A DNA stretch of 64,000 bases from Lingula anatina (lineage: Eukaryota > Animalia > Brachiopoda), in the NCBI GenBank assembly GCA_051362555.1, contig CM120644.1, positions 16,266,534 to 16,330,533 on the forward strand. The letters run 5' to 3'. The translations under genes were made by a program, and so were the position numbers. The stretch's first letter is position 1. The number at the start of each line of letters is the position of its first letter. This document shows, piece after piece, positions 53,401-64,000 of the stretch. Below the pieces are notes generated by a model that was given only the letters and a program-made list of their open reading frames with translations, did no database searches and was not told the origin of the DNA.

Positions 53401-53875
53401 TCATAAAAATGCTCATCATCATTTGCCCTGCATATTTACAGAATATAGAAAATTATTAGAAATGCACCCCGATACTCAACCTTGAGACATACCCAAATGC
53501 AATCCGACCACCTGTTTACTTAGAATATTGACTCCAAAGACTATTAACTTATCCTTTTTGCTGCTTCAAATGAAGAAATGAATCAAATCTATGTTGATGA
53601 TATATTCCTATGAATATGATTTAATTCAATTAAAAATTGCTTTTAGATTTCATTCTGAATCAGTTTTATTTTGCTGTGTTGATGAAGCAGCTCAGTATAT
53701 AATTATACCCTCAATGACTGAACCCTGTACCAAACCATGCTTTTCCTCCCTTTGTAGAATGATGTGAAGTCGCGGGTGGCCATGGACTTCACTGGACATA
53801 AAGGTCGCGTGATAGACGACCCTAATGAGGCCATTGGGGTGGCCATAGAAGAGGGACAGCATTGGAGGGTGAGCT

Positions 53876-53914
<39 letters not shown>

Positions 53915-55792
53915 ACGTGCACATGTGTTTGTTTTGTTTGCGTATGTTTCTATACATGCATTTGTGTGTATGAGTGAGTGAATGAGTGTGCATTTGTGTG
54001 CATGTTTGAGAGAGAGAGAGAGAAATTGATAGTTTGTGTGTGTGTGTGTGTGTGACAGAGAGAGAGAGAGAGAGATGTGAGAGAAAATACAGGTACATAT
54101 AGCCATCTGTAGATGAAAAACTGTGATGTGATATCAAGACATTTTTGATATTGAGCACGACTCATTTCCACTTACAAAAATCATGCCTTAATTATTTACC
54201 TTGATCACCCTTTTCAAAGATTTAGATTGAAGAACACATGTAACCAGCTCAAATTATATAATCTTATCGAAGGAAATTTGCTGTCAGATTACAGCAATTT
54301 CTCCCAATTTGGATTTTTAAAATTATTTTATTACAGTTACACACCTTGAACTATAAAGCCATTTTAAGTTTCAGAATTCTTTGCTTAAATTATTTTTAGA
54401 TATTACATACATATTAAATAAATTATATACTAATGAAAAAATTACATAAGTAATATCTTTTTTCCTTTTAGCGGAAAATTGCTCGCCCAAGCAGCTCACC
54501 ACGTATGCCCTGTACCCCAGTCACAGCATCGAGTCCGACAGCGTTCCATCACCACGCCTTTGTACGGACCGGTTCCAGTCCCCCCTCAGATACAATGCAT
54601 AGTAAGTTTCTTGTGATGTGCAGACAACACTCCCATATTTATCTTGTCACATTGATGTTGCCCCATTAGAACTTATAAACAATTCATAACTGTAGCTTGC
54701 TTACATGAGCTGGAACAGCAGATGCATATTGCTAACAGAGGATCGAGAGTTTTCCAATAACCTTTGAAAATCAGGTTGTTGCTGGACAATACAATATTAT
54801 CAGGCCAAACTTATTTATTATAAATATTATTAATATTATTATTATTAATTTCAGACCAGACAAAGACGGTGTCATATGGTATAACGTCTGGAGTTCACAT
54901 GACGCAACCTTGGTTTCACAGTGGCGTCACCAGAGACGAGGCTGTGGCGGCCATCATGAAACATGGCTGCATTGATGGGTGAGTGATACTTGTGATTTCA
55001 AATAAGAGTTAATGTATACCATTTTTATGACCTTGTGCATTGTTATGTATAGGATGATATTTAAAAGAAAAAAAACTCTGCGTTGATGGGTTTGCTTTCT
55101 TTGATTTAACGTGATATTTTAGCACAGAAGTTAATATCTCAAAGATAAAGGTAAATTTCGGCTGTTTTAGAACTTTCATTTTATATATATGCCAGGTATC
55201 CTTGTTAATCAAGATTATTAACTTTTTAGTTACAATCACACATTAAGAGAGGAGGAAAATGTATTTCATGACATAGTACCCATGTGAACAACTTTCAAAT
55301 ATTTAATTATACATTTATTATATTTTAGGGTGTATTTAGTTAGAGAAAGTCACAAAATTCCAGGCGTGTATGTCCTGTCTTTTGCACACAATCAAAAAGT
55401 GCGTCACTATCAGATTTCACCGGTAAGTATAATCAGTTGAAAACTGCATTGAATTTTTGGAATAATTAACTGTTTTAGAAGGATTTTTTGTAGCGTTTTA
55501 TATAGTTAAACAATTACTGCATATTTATAAGAGCTGAATGTAATTAAAGATTGCAACTATTGTATACTTAAAGTTACAAATCTTAACATTTTAAAGACGT
55601 TTAAAGAAGTAAATTTGATTTTAATCGCATCTTTAATATGTCTTTCAGTTGGAGCACGAGGGGCAGCTGTATTATACATTAGATGAGGGAAGGACAAAAT
55701 TCTTGGACTTAATTCAACTGGTGGAGTTTTATAAAGTGAACGCTGCCGGTCTTCCTACACCGCTGACTCATTATGTTACTGAGCTGGTATAG
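18437..55792 (+). CDS. GRB10/GRB14: Grb7/10/14-family adaptor protein (RA-PH-BPS-SH2), 16 coding exons, 706 aa
   Basis: join(18437-18611,20821-21048,37183-37403,49231-49305,50032-50191,50670-50791,51100-51189,51655-51795,52114-52224,52492-52590,52893-52988,53758-53868,54472-54601,54855-54978,55329-55422,55649-55792). All introns GT-AG, frame preserved, no internal stop. Diagnostic motifs: [57 protein letters not shown]. Which vertebrate paralogue is closest cannot be decided here. Confidence 0.93.
18690..20580. repeat. About 1.9-kb AT-rich satellite (AAAACATTTT/AAAATGTTTT/TTTTCACCAAAA units)
   Basis: Visible degenerate tandem units of roughly 30-45 bp. Confidence 0.9.
20590..20854 (+). repeat. 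46-bp tandem array spanning the exon 2 splice acceptor
   Basis: Units start at 20590, 20636, 20683, 20729, 20775 and 20821. Confidence 0.92.
20821..21048 (+). CDS. Coding exon 2: [11 protein letters not shown] motif and Pro-rich segment
   Basis: ttttttcag acceptor, G|gtgagt donor, phase 1-1; resembles Grb10 DVDLEALVNDM; WPAPPPPLP and LPPPPSS. Confidence 0.87.
21141..21207. repeat. (TA)n microsatellite
   Basis: Direct reading. Confidence 0.95.
21922..22146 (-). mobile_element. MITE family A copy
   Basis: Reverse complement of the 7371 copy; TTA on both flanks. Confidence 0.85.
22403..22472 (+). CDS. Candidate alternative first coding exon ([23 protein letters not shown])
   Basis: Phase-1 donor G|gttaag, compatible with exon 37183; upstream octamer ATTTGCAT near 22165 and ETS-like CCGGATGT at 22241. 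Confidence 0.45.
23859..23915. promoter_or_regulatory. Nuclear receptor response element cluster
   Basis: AGGTCAcTGACCA at 23859, TGACCT at 23882, perfect IR-1 AGGTCAtTGACCT at 23891-23903. Confidence 0.5.
25780..26179. mobile_element. MITE family A-related element
   Basis: TIR GGCTGTGTTCAGA...TCTGAACACAGCC; abuts the next MITE across a TTA. Confidence 0.7.
26183..26397 (-). mobile_element. MITE family A copy
   Basis: TTA flanks; high similarity to the 7371 and 50219 copies. Confidence 0.87.
29816..30160 (+). pseudogene. THAP + DDE transposase remnant (internal deletion)
   Basis: [31 protein letters not shown] (THAP; W codon now TGA) joined to [13 protein letters not shown]...[23 protein letters not shown] (DDE_Tnp_4-like IASxRIHVER motif). 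Confidence 0.8.
31098..32295 (-). pseudogene. SAP + YqaJ/lambda-exonuclease remnant, intron-containing
   Basis: [27 protein letters not shown] (SAP) ending at donor gtatgt; [22 protein letters not shown] and [23 protein letters not shown] (YqaJ motifs). Confidence 0.8.
33303..33440 (+). promoter_or_regulatory. TATA promoter and candidate alternative first exon ([14 protein letters not shown] 33407-33440)
   Basis: TATAAAAAG at 33303, Inr-like GCAGTT about 30 nt downstream, accATG, phase-1 donor G|gtaaga. Confidence 0.6.
36633..36678 (+). CDS. Candidate alternative first coding exon ([15 protein letters not shown])
   Basis: agcATG, strong phase-1 donor AG|gtaaga about 500 bp upstream of exon 37183. 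Confidence 0.4.
37183..37403 (+). CDS. Coding exon 3: NPFPEL motif
   Basis: poly-T+ag acceptor, GAG|gtaagt; (G)[27 protein letters not shown]...KNSE; phase 1-0. Confidence 0.92.
37420..37662. repeat. About 81-bp tandem repeat x3
   Basis: ATGTCC..TTTCCAGTTATGTTAAAATGTAC.. at 37420, 37501 and 37583. Confidence 0.85.
42257..42398 (+). repeat. Short interspersed repeat ending AAAACCTGGGCTT
   Basis: Close copy at about 21257-21416; same terminus at about 243-255 and a degenerate one at about 9577-9589. Confidence 0.65.
42967..43138. mobile_element. MITE family B, uninterrupted copy
   Basis: GGCTGCATTCACAACGGCAGACTAACAGAT...ATCTATTAGTCTGCTGTTGTCAATGCAGCC. Confidence 0.75.
43206..43373 (-). mobile_element. 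hAT-like MITE family C copy
   Basis: CAGGAGCGGA...TCCGCCCCTG; perfect 5-bp flanks AATTT/AATTT. Confidence 0.85.
45172..45660. repeat. 246-bp diverged tandem duplication
   Basis: TGATCGCAGATAACTCCATGTCCTC at 45172 and 45418. Confidence 0.88.
47827..48401. mobile_element. Family A-related MITE carrying a nested 300-bp palindromic MITE (47924-48223)
   Basis: Inner arms ACGAGTTGAGCCAGGCTTTACAAATCCTGGGGACTAAATATGG... and their reverse complement extend over more than 100 bp. Confidence 0.75.
48787..48980 (+). mobile_element. MITE family A copy
   Basis: Same core as 7371; ends approximate. Confidence 0.8.
49231..49305 (+). CDS. Coding exon 4: pre-RA helix
   Basis: ttactttcag|ATG...AAG|gtaaat; [25 protein letters not shown]; phase 0-0. 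Confidence 0.82.
50032..50191 (+). CDS. Coding exon 5: RA domain N-half
   Basis: [53 protein letters not shown]; donor G|gtaaga. Confidence 0.93.
50219..50430 (-). mobile_element. MITE family A copy inside the intron splitting the RA domain
   Basis: Same core; starts after TTA about 27 bp downstream of the donor. Confidence 0.85.
50670..50791 (+). CDS. Coding exon 6: RA domain C-half
   Basis: [41 protein letters not shown]; donor gtaagt. Confidence 0.95.
51100..51189 (+). CDS. Coding exon 7: RA-PH linker
   Basis: [30 protein letters not shown]; ccttccag / gtaatt. Confidence 0.9.
51655..51795 (+). CDS. Coding exon 8: PH domain start
   Basis: [47 protein letters not shown]. Confidence 0.95.
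52114..52224 (+). CDS. Coding exon 9: PH domain
   Basis: [37 protein letters not shown]. Confidence 0.95.
52492..52590 (+). CDS. Coding exon 10: PH domain C-terminal helix
   Basis: [33 protein letters not shown]. Confidence 0.93.
52893..52988 (+). CDS. Coding exon 11: end of PH region
   Basis: [32 protein letters not shown]; donor gtaagt. Confidence 0.92.
53758..53868 (+). CDS. Coding exon 12: BPS domain
   Basis: [37 protein letters not shown]; donor gtgagc. Confidence 0.95.
53881..54075. repeat. (GT)n/(GA)n compound microsatellite
   Basis: Direct reading. Confidence 0.9.
54472..54601 (+). CDS. Coding exon 13: Ser/Pro-rich BPS-SH2 linker
   Basis: [43 protein letters not shown]; phase 0-1; donor gtaagt. 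Confidence 0.88.
54855..54978 (+). CDS. Coding exon 14: SH2 start
   Basis: [42 protein letters not shown]; phase 1-2. Confidence 0.93.
55329..55422 (+). CDS. Coding exon 15: SH2 core
   Basis: [31 protein letters not shown] (FLVRES-type signature). Confidence 0.95.
55649..55792 (+). CDS. Coding exon 16: SH2 end and stop
   Basis: [50 protein letters not shown] at 55790-55792. Confidence 0.95.
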   Translation: MEHEGQLYYTLDEGRTKFLDLIQLVEFYKVNAAGLPTPLTHYVTELV

Positions 55793-57379
55793 AACACAAT
55801 TGATATCGTCTTCTCTAACACAATCGCCCAGAGCATTGTGACCAACTTCTACAGGACACTTATTTTATTGGTGTCCTCTTTGACATAATGTGATAGGGAA
55901 TATTGATAGATTTGGTAGGAAAGGCAGTTGATGTCATCTTCTTTGACTGTGGCAATCACCCAGAGCATTGTGACATATTTGTGCTGGATGCTGTTTAACT
56001 GGTGTCGTCTCTAACGCAATTACCCTGATCAATTGTATAAATTGGAACAGGACACTGTGATACTGGTGTCCTCTGTAACAAAATGACACGTATAATTATG
56101 ACAGAGATGGATTTAGAGGACCATTTTACTGGTGTCGTGTCAGGCTTCTAACAGCTGACACAGAAGCTAGACAATTTCAATGATTTGTACTTCAGGACAG
56201 TGACAGGAAATCATGATAGAGTGAACATATTATTTAACCCCAATTTTCTCAATGGAAGTGACATTATATAATACAGCCACTGGCATTTTCTCTAACTTAT
56301 AGAGTCAGCTTTTCAAATTTAACTTTCATTAGGAAGCAGCAACATGGCAGCTTATTAGTACAATCAAGTTACAGCTGAGTGTCAACGGAGATTTGGTTAT
56401 TCTGAGACTCCGTGGATTCACACAGTGGATGCCATTCTGGATTCCTCACATCACCACTGTCTTGCAATTAATATTTTATCATTTTTCACAATGTATGGAC
56501 ACATTCTTTATTATGTTATGTGCTATTTTTAATTATAAAAATGAAGGAAAATGTCAAACAAGGAAGATATGTATATTCCTTGGATTTAATACCCAGTTCT
56601 CATATCTGGAGTGAAATAAAGAGCAGCTAATCATCTGATTATACTGTCATGGTCTTCTTAATTTTTGTCAAGTATATAGACTTTTTTAATGATGGTGCCA
56701 CATCAAATTATTTTTTATTGATACAATAACTGGTACATGTCTTTGATCTGGTATTTATCCAGGATGTGTAGACAGTATTGAAACCATGGATAAATTAAGC
56801 ACAAATAAGGCTCAGCTTCACTTGAACTTATGTGACCTGACTTGACCTGACCATGACCTTGACATGACCATGACCCAATTATGATGAAGACTGTGCGATT
56901 CAACAAGCTACTGACCAAAGAACTTAAATGCAAAGATTTATTAAGTTTGACATTAGAAAAGAGCTAAGAGAGAACATGCAGCATTTGGTCATTTTCTAAC
57001 AAGCTTATATGCAGCATCACCCCCAATATAAGTGCAATGGTTATTAAGTCACTGTTAGCCTTATATGCTATTTTAATTCATTTAAATACACAAAGTCGAA
57101 GTAAAGTATTGCTTGTTACAATGATTTATATACTGCTAGTCGTGTTTGTAGACATATAGGCCATTTTTTCTGCAGTCAGAAACTGGGGACTAAGTGACAT
57201 GGCATTCTGGATCTTCTTGAAGATTGCTGGGGTTTTTATGAAAAGGCAAATAATGCATTCTGGTGTTAAGTTTGTATTTTGATGAAATTGAAACTAAAAT
57301 GGGAAAACTGGTGTTATCTGTAAGTAAATATAAGGCTGTAGAAATTGATAACAAAGTTATGCAGAGCCTAAAACACGTG

Positions 57380-57382
<3 letters not shown>

Positions 57383-57432
<50 letters not shown>
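57383..57432. repeat. (TTA)n microsatellite in the probable 3' UTR
   Basis: Direct reading. Confidence 0.95.
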
Positions 57433-57434
<2 letters not shown>

Positions 57435-60400
57435 AGCCAGAGCAGCTGTATTTATATTTAGAACAATATTTAAGAATTTCTGTACAAAATGGAGCAGCCG
57501 TGAATCTTTTATAATTCGTATGTGTACTATTAGGTATTTGTAAATTATATCCCTGAATAAAAGATGGGGAAAAATATAATGAATGAAAATTAATTTAACA
57601 AAGGCTAAAAAAGGTCTGTAATTCAAGTCTAAAATAAATGATGCACAAGTAATACAGTTATTGTATAATTAGCAGTTCTTATAATATGGTCATTTGAACC
57701 TGATCTACTGCGTCCTAGATTTTTATGCACATTTAAGGCAAAGCTTCTTTGTCGCTAGACTTAATTATGTACAAATTGATGATGTAATTTAAATTAATGT
57801 TTATTCAAAACAAACTTTTATAAAGTCGCTGTGCGGTGCTTTATGGTGAAATGCACTTCATCGTATAACTTATTTCTACGTGTCGTGTTGTTATAAAGTA
57901 GAAACCGACTTGTGCACTGTTTTTCTCTTATTTTCCATCTTTGAACAGTCTCACCCAAGATCTGCGTCGGTGGTATTAGGCCTGCGCCCTTAGCAAAATA
58001 TTAGGCCTGCTGCAAACTCTCTTGCAAATTTGCAACAACATGAATTCATACTTTCTTGCAAACTTCGTGCAAATTTATTTGCTACTAATTTACTGCAAAT
58101 TTGTAAAAAAAAAAAAGGAATTGAACAAGTCAAAGTTTTGACTTTATAATAAATTCGCACCACTTCTCAGACTTTCCAGAAATACCGTCAGAGTTTTTGT
58201 ACATTTATGTGTACGTACATGTATAATCATATGCTGTGATTAACAGATATTGATGTTTATCTGATTATAATAGTGCTTTTTTCATATATTTTGTGTTTCT
58301 TCGTAAGTGGTTACAGGTATCTTCTACGGTCATAACGTGAAGTGCGGCTAGTCGGCTATGTATTTTAATATGTATTAAAATACCTCCCGTTCTAAATAAG
58401 CAGTAAATATATGTTTTTAAGGCGATTACGTCTTAGCTAAAGCTAGCCTCCTTACATCTACAATACCGCGTAGCCTATGTTTTCAAATGTGATACTGACT
58501 AAATTGCAATGAGGCACGAACACTATAGTATTGTGAACTCTTGAAAAGAAAAGATAAATAAAATGACAAACCATTGAAGAAATACTGCGTTGCGAAAATT
58601 GAGCACGTGCATTTTTGAAAAGACCCCCCCCCCCGTCCTTCCCGCGCCGAGGGAGAAAAATGTGGTTGAAACAAGAAGGGTGTATGTGTGTGTGTGTTTG
58701 GGGGGGGGGGGGGGGGAGGGCTTAACCGTTGATTGTGATGTTTATTCTAATAGAGGGTTTTATTTTAGAAGCGGTCAAAATGAAGTAAAATAGCGTGGAT
58801 TAAACTTGGCAATTTTTGTATGTACAAAATACCATTCCCTTCATTTATAAGTTTTTGTAGATTGGTGAAACATTCTAAATTCATTTTACTTGGTTTAAGT
58901 TATATTTATAACTTATATATTGATATGAATGCTCGTTCTTGATGCAGGTTATCAACATTTTCGTTGTGCGTTTGTTTACACTATAGTAACGCACGTATAC
59001 ATGAACATAATACGTAAACAAGAAAGAAATGCCTGACCAAAGTTTATTTATTATTGTGCAGATAGAAAAAGGTTTTTAAAATGTTCGCCCACACATTAGT
59101 TTTGGTCATTTCATATAATCTTATAATTAACCTGAAGTAATCTGCTAAGGTTCCCATTGCAGGAGAGAAGACCATTTTTTCGCCCTAGAGATGGCGCTCT
59201 AGTACGGCCTGGCTTTGCAAATATGGAAAAACTACTCAGATTAAACCAGTGGACCGTGGCAGAAAAGCCAGTGACCTATATAATGTCGTTTAATTTGGGG
59301 GTGGGTAAGGGTATGACATTTATTTTTTCTGGTATATCTACAATACGTTGAACACAAAATAGCCAAATAAATTTTATTGAAGAAATATTTAGGAAGTTTA
59401 ACCTGTCCTGACAGATAATGATGAGTGTCGAGAAGAAAATGTGCTCACTTCATCCTACCCACCCCCCACCCCTCCTCGAGACAAACTGAACACACACCTA
59501 AGGAAGAGATGTCATTTCTACTTCAAGTCTGAGTGCCCAAGGAGTGGATGCCAGGCGACCTACTAGAAGAAACTAAGTATATGGATATATCAAATTCAAC
59601 GGATTGATTTTCAGATATTTACGTTAGATATTTGATGATAATATATTTGTGATTCATTTTTGGACAGTATTTTGTTGTCTGCTTGCTTAAAACCGGCTAG
59701 GGCCATACCCCAATATTTCCCCCACGTAGCATGCTGTTCCCTCCATACTTTCTCCGTCTCACATCACATCTCATGAAACTGAAAAATGCAATTGCACCAT
59801 ATGTTTGCTATTCTGACTTTCGTTTTTAGAAACAGTAATGGCATAGAATTTTGTATAAGACAACCAAATGGGGGAAATGCTGCGGAATGACTTTTAGCAT
59901 TATATTAAAGAGCATCCATTTCGTAATTCAGTTCTATGCTTAGTCAAAATTGCGTTCACTGATTAATTTCTTGTTAAAGCATTTTTAGTTACCGTACTCA
60001 TGATTTTGAGCTTAGCATGTAAAGGATCTCTTCCCTTTTATCAAATCATGAACTTAAATTAATTTTTAATCTGAAAAGCACACAGTGTGCGTTACATACG
60101 TATGTTATAAAGACTCCTGAAAATCTCAACAGGTTTACCTATTATCATTGAGGTTACCCATATCCAAAATTGTTTGGTAAATTACTGTACCATCTAGAAA
60201 CCCGTGTTATGTCCTGTATTTCTCATTTTTACCGCCACGAGTGAAACTCTATTTAATGTCTCTATTACGAGAGTGACACGAAAATTAGAAAATTGAAACT
60301 AAAAAATTACAAAACTTAGTAATAATTATAATAGATAAATAAATAATAATAATGATGAATCGCGATTCCTTGCACCTCGGGGATATGGTACATCCCGATG

Positions 60401-61609
60401 ACTTGGGGCAACCTGTTGAGACTTTCAGTAATAAAAGGTATCATTCTTTGTAATAATCAGAAAAATAAAACAAGGTCATTAGCACACGTTGATGCCATCT
60501 CTATATTGTCATATGTTATTGATTTTGTCATTTTATGGACCACAATCGATTATATGCACCCGAATGAAAAAGTTCAGAAACATGAAATTGTTTGTTTTTT
60601 TTTTCAAAAAGTAAAAAATGTAATGTAATGTAGGGAGAAAATCTTCAATGTGTAGAAAATGTGACGAATGGTGGGTGTATTATTTATCATTATTTGGTAA
60701 AAAAAAATACCTTAGCTCATATTTTTTTATATTTATTCAAAATAACGATGCTTCTGAACTTTTTTGGTCGAGTGTTTTTTTTCCACAAACGAGAAATTCT
60801 TCTTCTTTTGAGAAAATTTCCTGAACTTTAAAATGTGATTTGGCGGATATACATTGTACAAGTTAGTGCAACTGTTTTACTGTGTATAAAATGGATTGTT
60901 TAAGTTACGCTTTACAAATTCTCAATCAGAACTGTAATCTGAATGAATAAATGTTTAAATCAGTAAGATTGACAATACCAAATTCCTTAAGTATGAGTTC
61001 GTGGAATAGAATGCACATTATGAAAAAAAATAATTGTAAAATAGAGTCTGTGTAAACAATATGGCGAATAATCTGGATTCTACTAAATGATAAAGAGATC
61101 TTTCATACATGATTTAATAAGTTTTTCTTTTTCTTTCTCGATCATCAGCAAATTTAATATGTCTAAAATCTTGGAATTTAAATCGACTGTAAGTTGAAAA
61201 ATAAATATTGTATTGTCTCTCGATTTTTCGCCCAGATTGGTTTACTGCACATGTTAAGAATGCTTTTTCCGTTAAGATTTCTATAAGTCTTGTCCTTCCC
61301 ATTCTAATGTAACTTTTGTACACTATCTGATTATGTGATTTCTTGCTTAACGTTGAAAATCATTTCAGAAACGAATTTTGACAATATTTGCCAAAAGACT
61401 GTAAAAGCGTTCCCTTCATATTTCCCCGAACAGTAATTGTCGCACTCTAAAGTAGCATTAAATTTTGAAAAAAAAAAAAAAAAAGAGCATTCACTGAAAT
61501 GATTTTCGCAATATTTTATGGTTATGAAGAAAAGACGAACAGTGGTGGATTCTGGTTATTTGGCCGAGGTTTTTTTTTTCATTCTTAGCAAACTGTAGTA
61601 TTTGTTTGG

Positions 61610-62040
61610 GACATTATGAAATTATGAGACAGCGCCCGAGTGGGATGATATTGTGAAATTTTGGACATTATGAATTTGTGGAATTTCGGACATTATGAAA
61701 TTGGGAAATTTTGGACTTAATGAAATTGTGAAATTTTGACATAATGAAATTGTGGAATTTTGGACAATATGAAATTGTGAAATTTTGGACTTAATGAAAT
61801 TGTGAAATTTTGACATTATGAAATTGTGAAATTTTGGACTTAATGAAATTGTGAAATTTTGACATTATGACATTATGAAATTGTGAAATTTTGACATTAT
61901 GAAATTGTGAAATTTTGGACTTAATGAAATTGTGAAATTTTGACATTATGAAATTGTGAAATTTTGACATTATGACATTATGAAATTGTGGAATTTCGGA
62001 CATTATGAAATTGTGAAATTTTGGACATTATGAAATTATG
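61610..62040. repeat. About 24-26-bp minisatellite GACATTATGAAATTGTGAAATTTT(G)
   Basis: Direct tandem periodicity. Confidence 0.92.
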
Positions 62041-62399
62041 AGTCAGATCCCTTTATTTTCACTATGGTTGGCGATGGGGGTGGGGGAGGGATACAAGATC
62101 CACCATTGTTCTTTAAAATTTTGAAATTAATTGAAACATCTTTCTGAAATATTGTGTTATATTATTTCATTGAAACAAGACCAAAGATAAGGCTAATATT
62201 TTAGTTGAAAGTTTATTAATTCAAATGGAATAAATAGAAAGGCAATTTTTGTTACAAAATGGAGGTTGTCTAGACGTGGATATTTTTTGTCTTACATTAG
62301 CAATCAGTTAAATGTTTAATAATAATACATAGATGGATCAATGGGACATTGCTTTGCTCTCAATAAACTTTTCCTAATAAATACAAAATGTCTTTGTGT

Positions 62400-62780
62400 T
62401 TTCATTGGTCCTGTGGAACTCGCGGGCCAGGGTTCGATTCCTTGGTCTGGGTTTTGGAAATTGCAAAATATTTTTCAAGAAGGCCTATTTGAATTTCCGG
62501 TTGGTTACTAGAAGAGAAAAGTCTACCAGGGGTGGGTGGGCGGGAACACTTAGAGGAGTGGATAGCACGCGAGACTCGGACACAGCAACACCAGGTTCAA
62601 AACCTGGCGCTTCTAGGTCCCAGCAAATTACCTTTTGCAAAAAAATTTCAAATAAGCAAATAGAACTGCTACATAAGGAACCCACGAACTCAAGAAATTT
62701 AACCGAGACGGTGGCACAGTGGGTAAGGGCGCTAACTCGGCAGCAGAGGACTTCGAGTTCAAGGCGGGCTGAGGCAAAGT
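62400..62780 (+). other. Three tandem tRNA-like Pol III promoter cassettes (not intact tRNAs)
   Basis: B box GGTTCGATTCC at 62431; A box at 62551 with T-arm CCAGG-TTCAAAA-CCTGG at 62591; A box TGGCACAGTGG at 62712 with GAGTTCAAGGC at 62755. Confidence 0.55.
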
Positions 62781-64000
62781 AATGCCAAAAGAAAGAAACA
62801 CATAAAATTTATTGCAACAAAATATAACATACACATTTATTTTATGTCAGAAAAAATTTAAGCAATAAAAACAAGTATTAATTTTTTAAATAAAAACTTC
62901 CTACCATACAAACAGTTGTAACATAACATAATATAAAGTTTAAAATAAAAAATGCCAAAGAAAATATGCATTTTGAAAATTGCAGCTGAACTGAATTTCT
63001 CCTTTGATTAATAAATAAAGGCTCAGGAATACATTGTATTGATCAGCGAATAAATTTGGAAGAATTTTTGGCTAGAACCAATAGACAAATTAGATACAAG
63101 ATATTAGATATTGCATTTAAAATCAAACTGTATTTTGGAATTTTCGTTTAAAATGTTTTTGTCCTCATCGCAATTTTATTTTGAGGAAAATTTTTGTCCA
63201 AATTCAGCGATGAGAAAAATAGCCAAAATTCAAAATGCATAAAATCTCATTTGTTTGTGTAACAAGTATACACCTTGTTCTACGCGTACGTCATTTTACT
63301 GACGCTCGCACTCAAATCCCAAAAGTAACATTCGTTGTTTTGCTTATCGATTAATGTAGCTCATGTCTTGCATTATTTTGTTTTCACATTAAATCTTAGA
63401 ACAGGTAGGCTACTTGATAGTACAAAGTTGTATAAAAATGAAAATTTGAACAGTGTGTGAGTCGGAATCGACAAGGACATGGCCAGTTTATAAGATTATC
63501 AAAGTTAGAACCATTTAAAGAATTTTACACAAATAAAACTGTTACACAAAAATTGTTCACTAGAAAAAACTTCACACATTCATTCAGACAATGCTAATAC
63601 ACTCGACTTGGGTTTTCAGTGTCCTCTGATCAGCAGATAATTAGCCCATAAATAAAATATTAGTAAGTACTACCAGTAGTTTCGCGCATAGAAAACGATC
63701 TGTGAAATTTTGTTCAAATTGGCGAGTCGAAAATTTCAAACAAGTGAAAGTGTTATCATTTATATACATTTTGATAGGGTGTAGATTTTTATGAATTTAC
63801 TTTAAGATACAAGATACTTTCAAGAAAGTTGTACAAGTTAGAAAAAGTTTGGAAAAGTTGGTCGCCAAAATGCCTTCGAATCATTACCCAAAATATTCTA
63901 TTCACTTTCATAAGGAAATAATTTGATTTTAAGAAAGGGTTTTCGAAATTTTCTAACGTTATAGACAATGATAAATGCCAGTACTAAAAAGTGCATTTAT

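Noticed and set aside
53692-54171. His/Thr-rich minus-strand ORFs
   Set aside because: Translations of (GT)n/(GA)n microsatellites antisense to the BPS exon.
54855-54859. Alternative acceptor CAG 5 nt downstream in exon 14
   Set aside because: Would frameshift the SH2 domain.
57263-57626. Poly-Tyr and poly-Asn ORFs
   Set aside because: Products of the (TTA)n microsatellite.
59181-59200. CTCF site CCTAGAGATGGCGC
   Set aside because: Three mismatches in the 5' half of the core; too weak without a PWM score.
61610-62040. CRISPR-like array or repeat protein
   Set aside because: Contiguous minisatellite with no unique spacers, in eukaryotic DNA.
62396-62782. 128-aa ORF, or functional tRNA genes
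   Set aside because: GTG start and no recognisable protein; the cloverleaf acceptor and anticodon stems do not pair.

Overview
AT-rich, intron-rich animal genomic DNA, probably a marine invertebrate (inferred from composition and transposon types). The window holds one complete + strand gene of the Grb7/10/14 adaptor family. I joined 16 coding exons by hand (18437-55792, all GT-AG, phases consistent, 2121 nt = 706 aa + stop). Domain order: His-rich N-terminus, DLDALINDL motif, Pro-rich region, NPFPEL motif, RA, PH, BPS, SH2. The long 5' introns contain several candidate alternative first exons, a tandem array of duplicated splice acceptors, a cluster of nuclear-receptor elements, two decayed ISL2EU-type DNA transposons (one with THAP/DDE plus SAP/YqaJ remnants, one THAP only), at least four MITE families including a triple nest, and satellites. 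Three tRNA-like Pol III cassettes lie downstream of the gene. Almost all ORFs in the supplied track are spurious. No searches were run; family calls rest on motif recognition.
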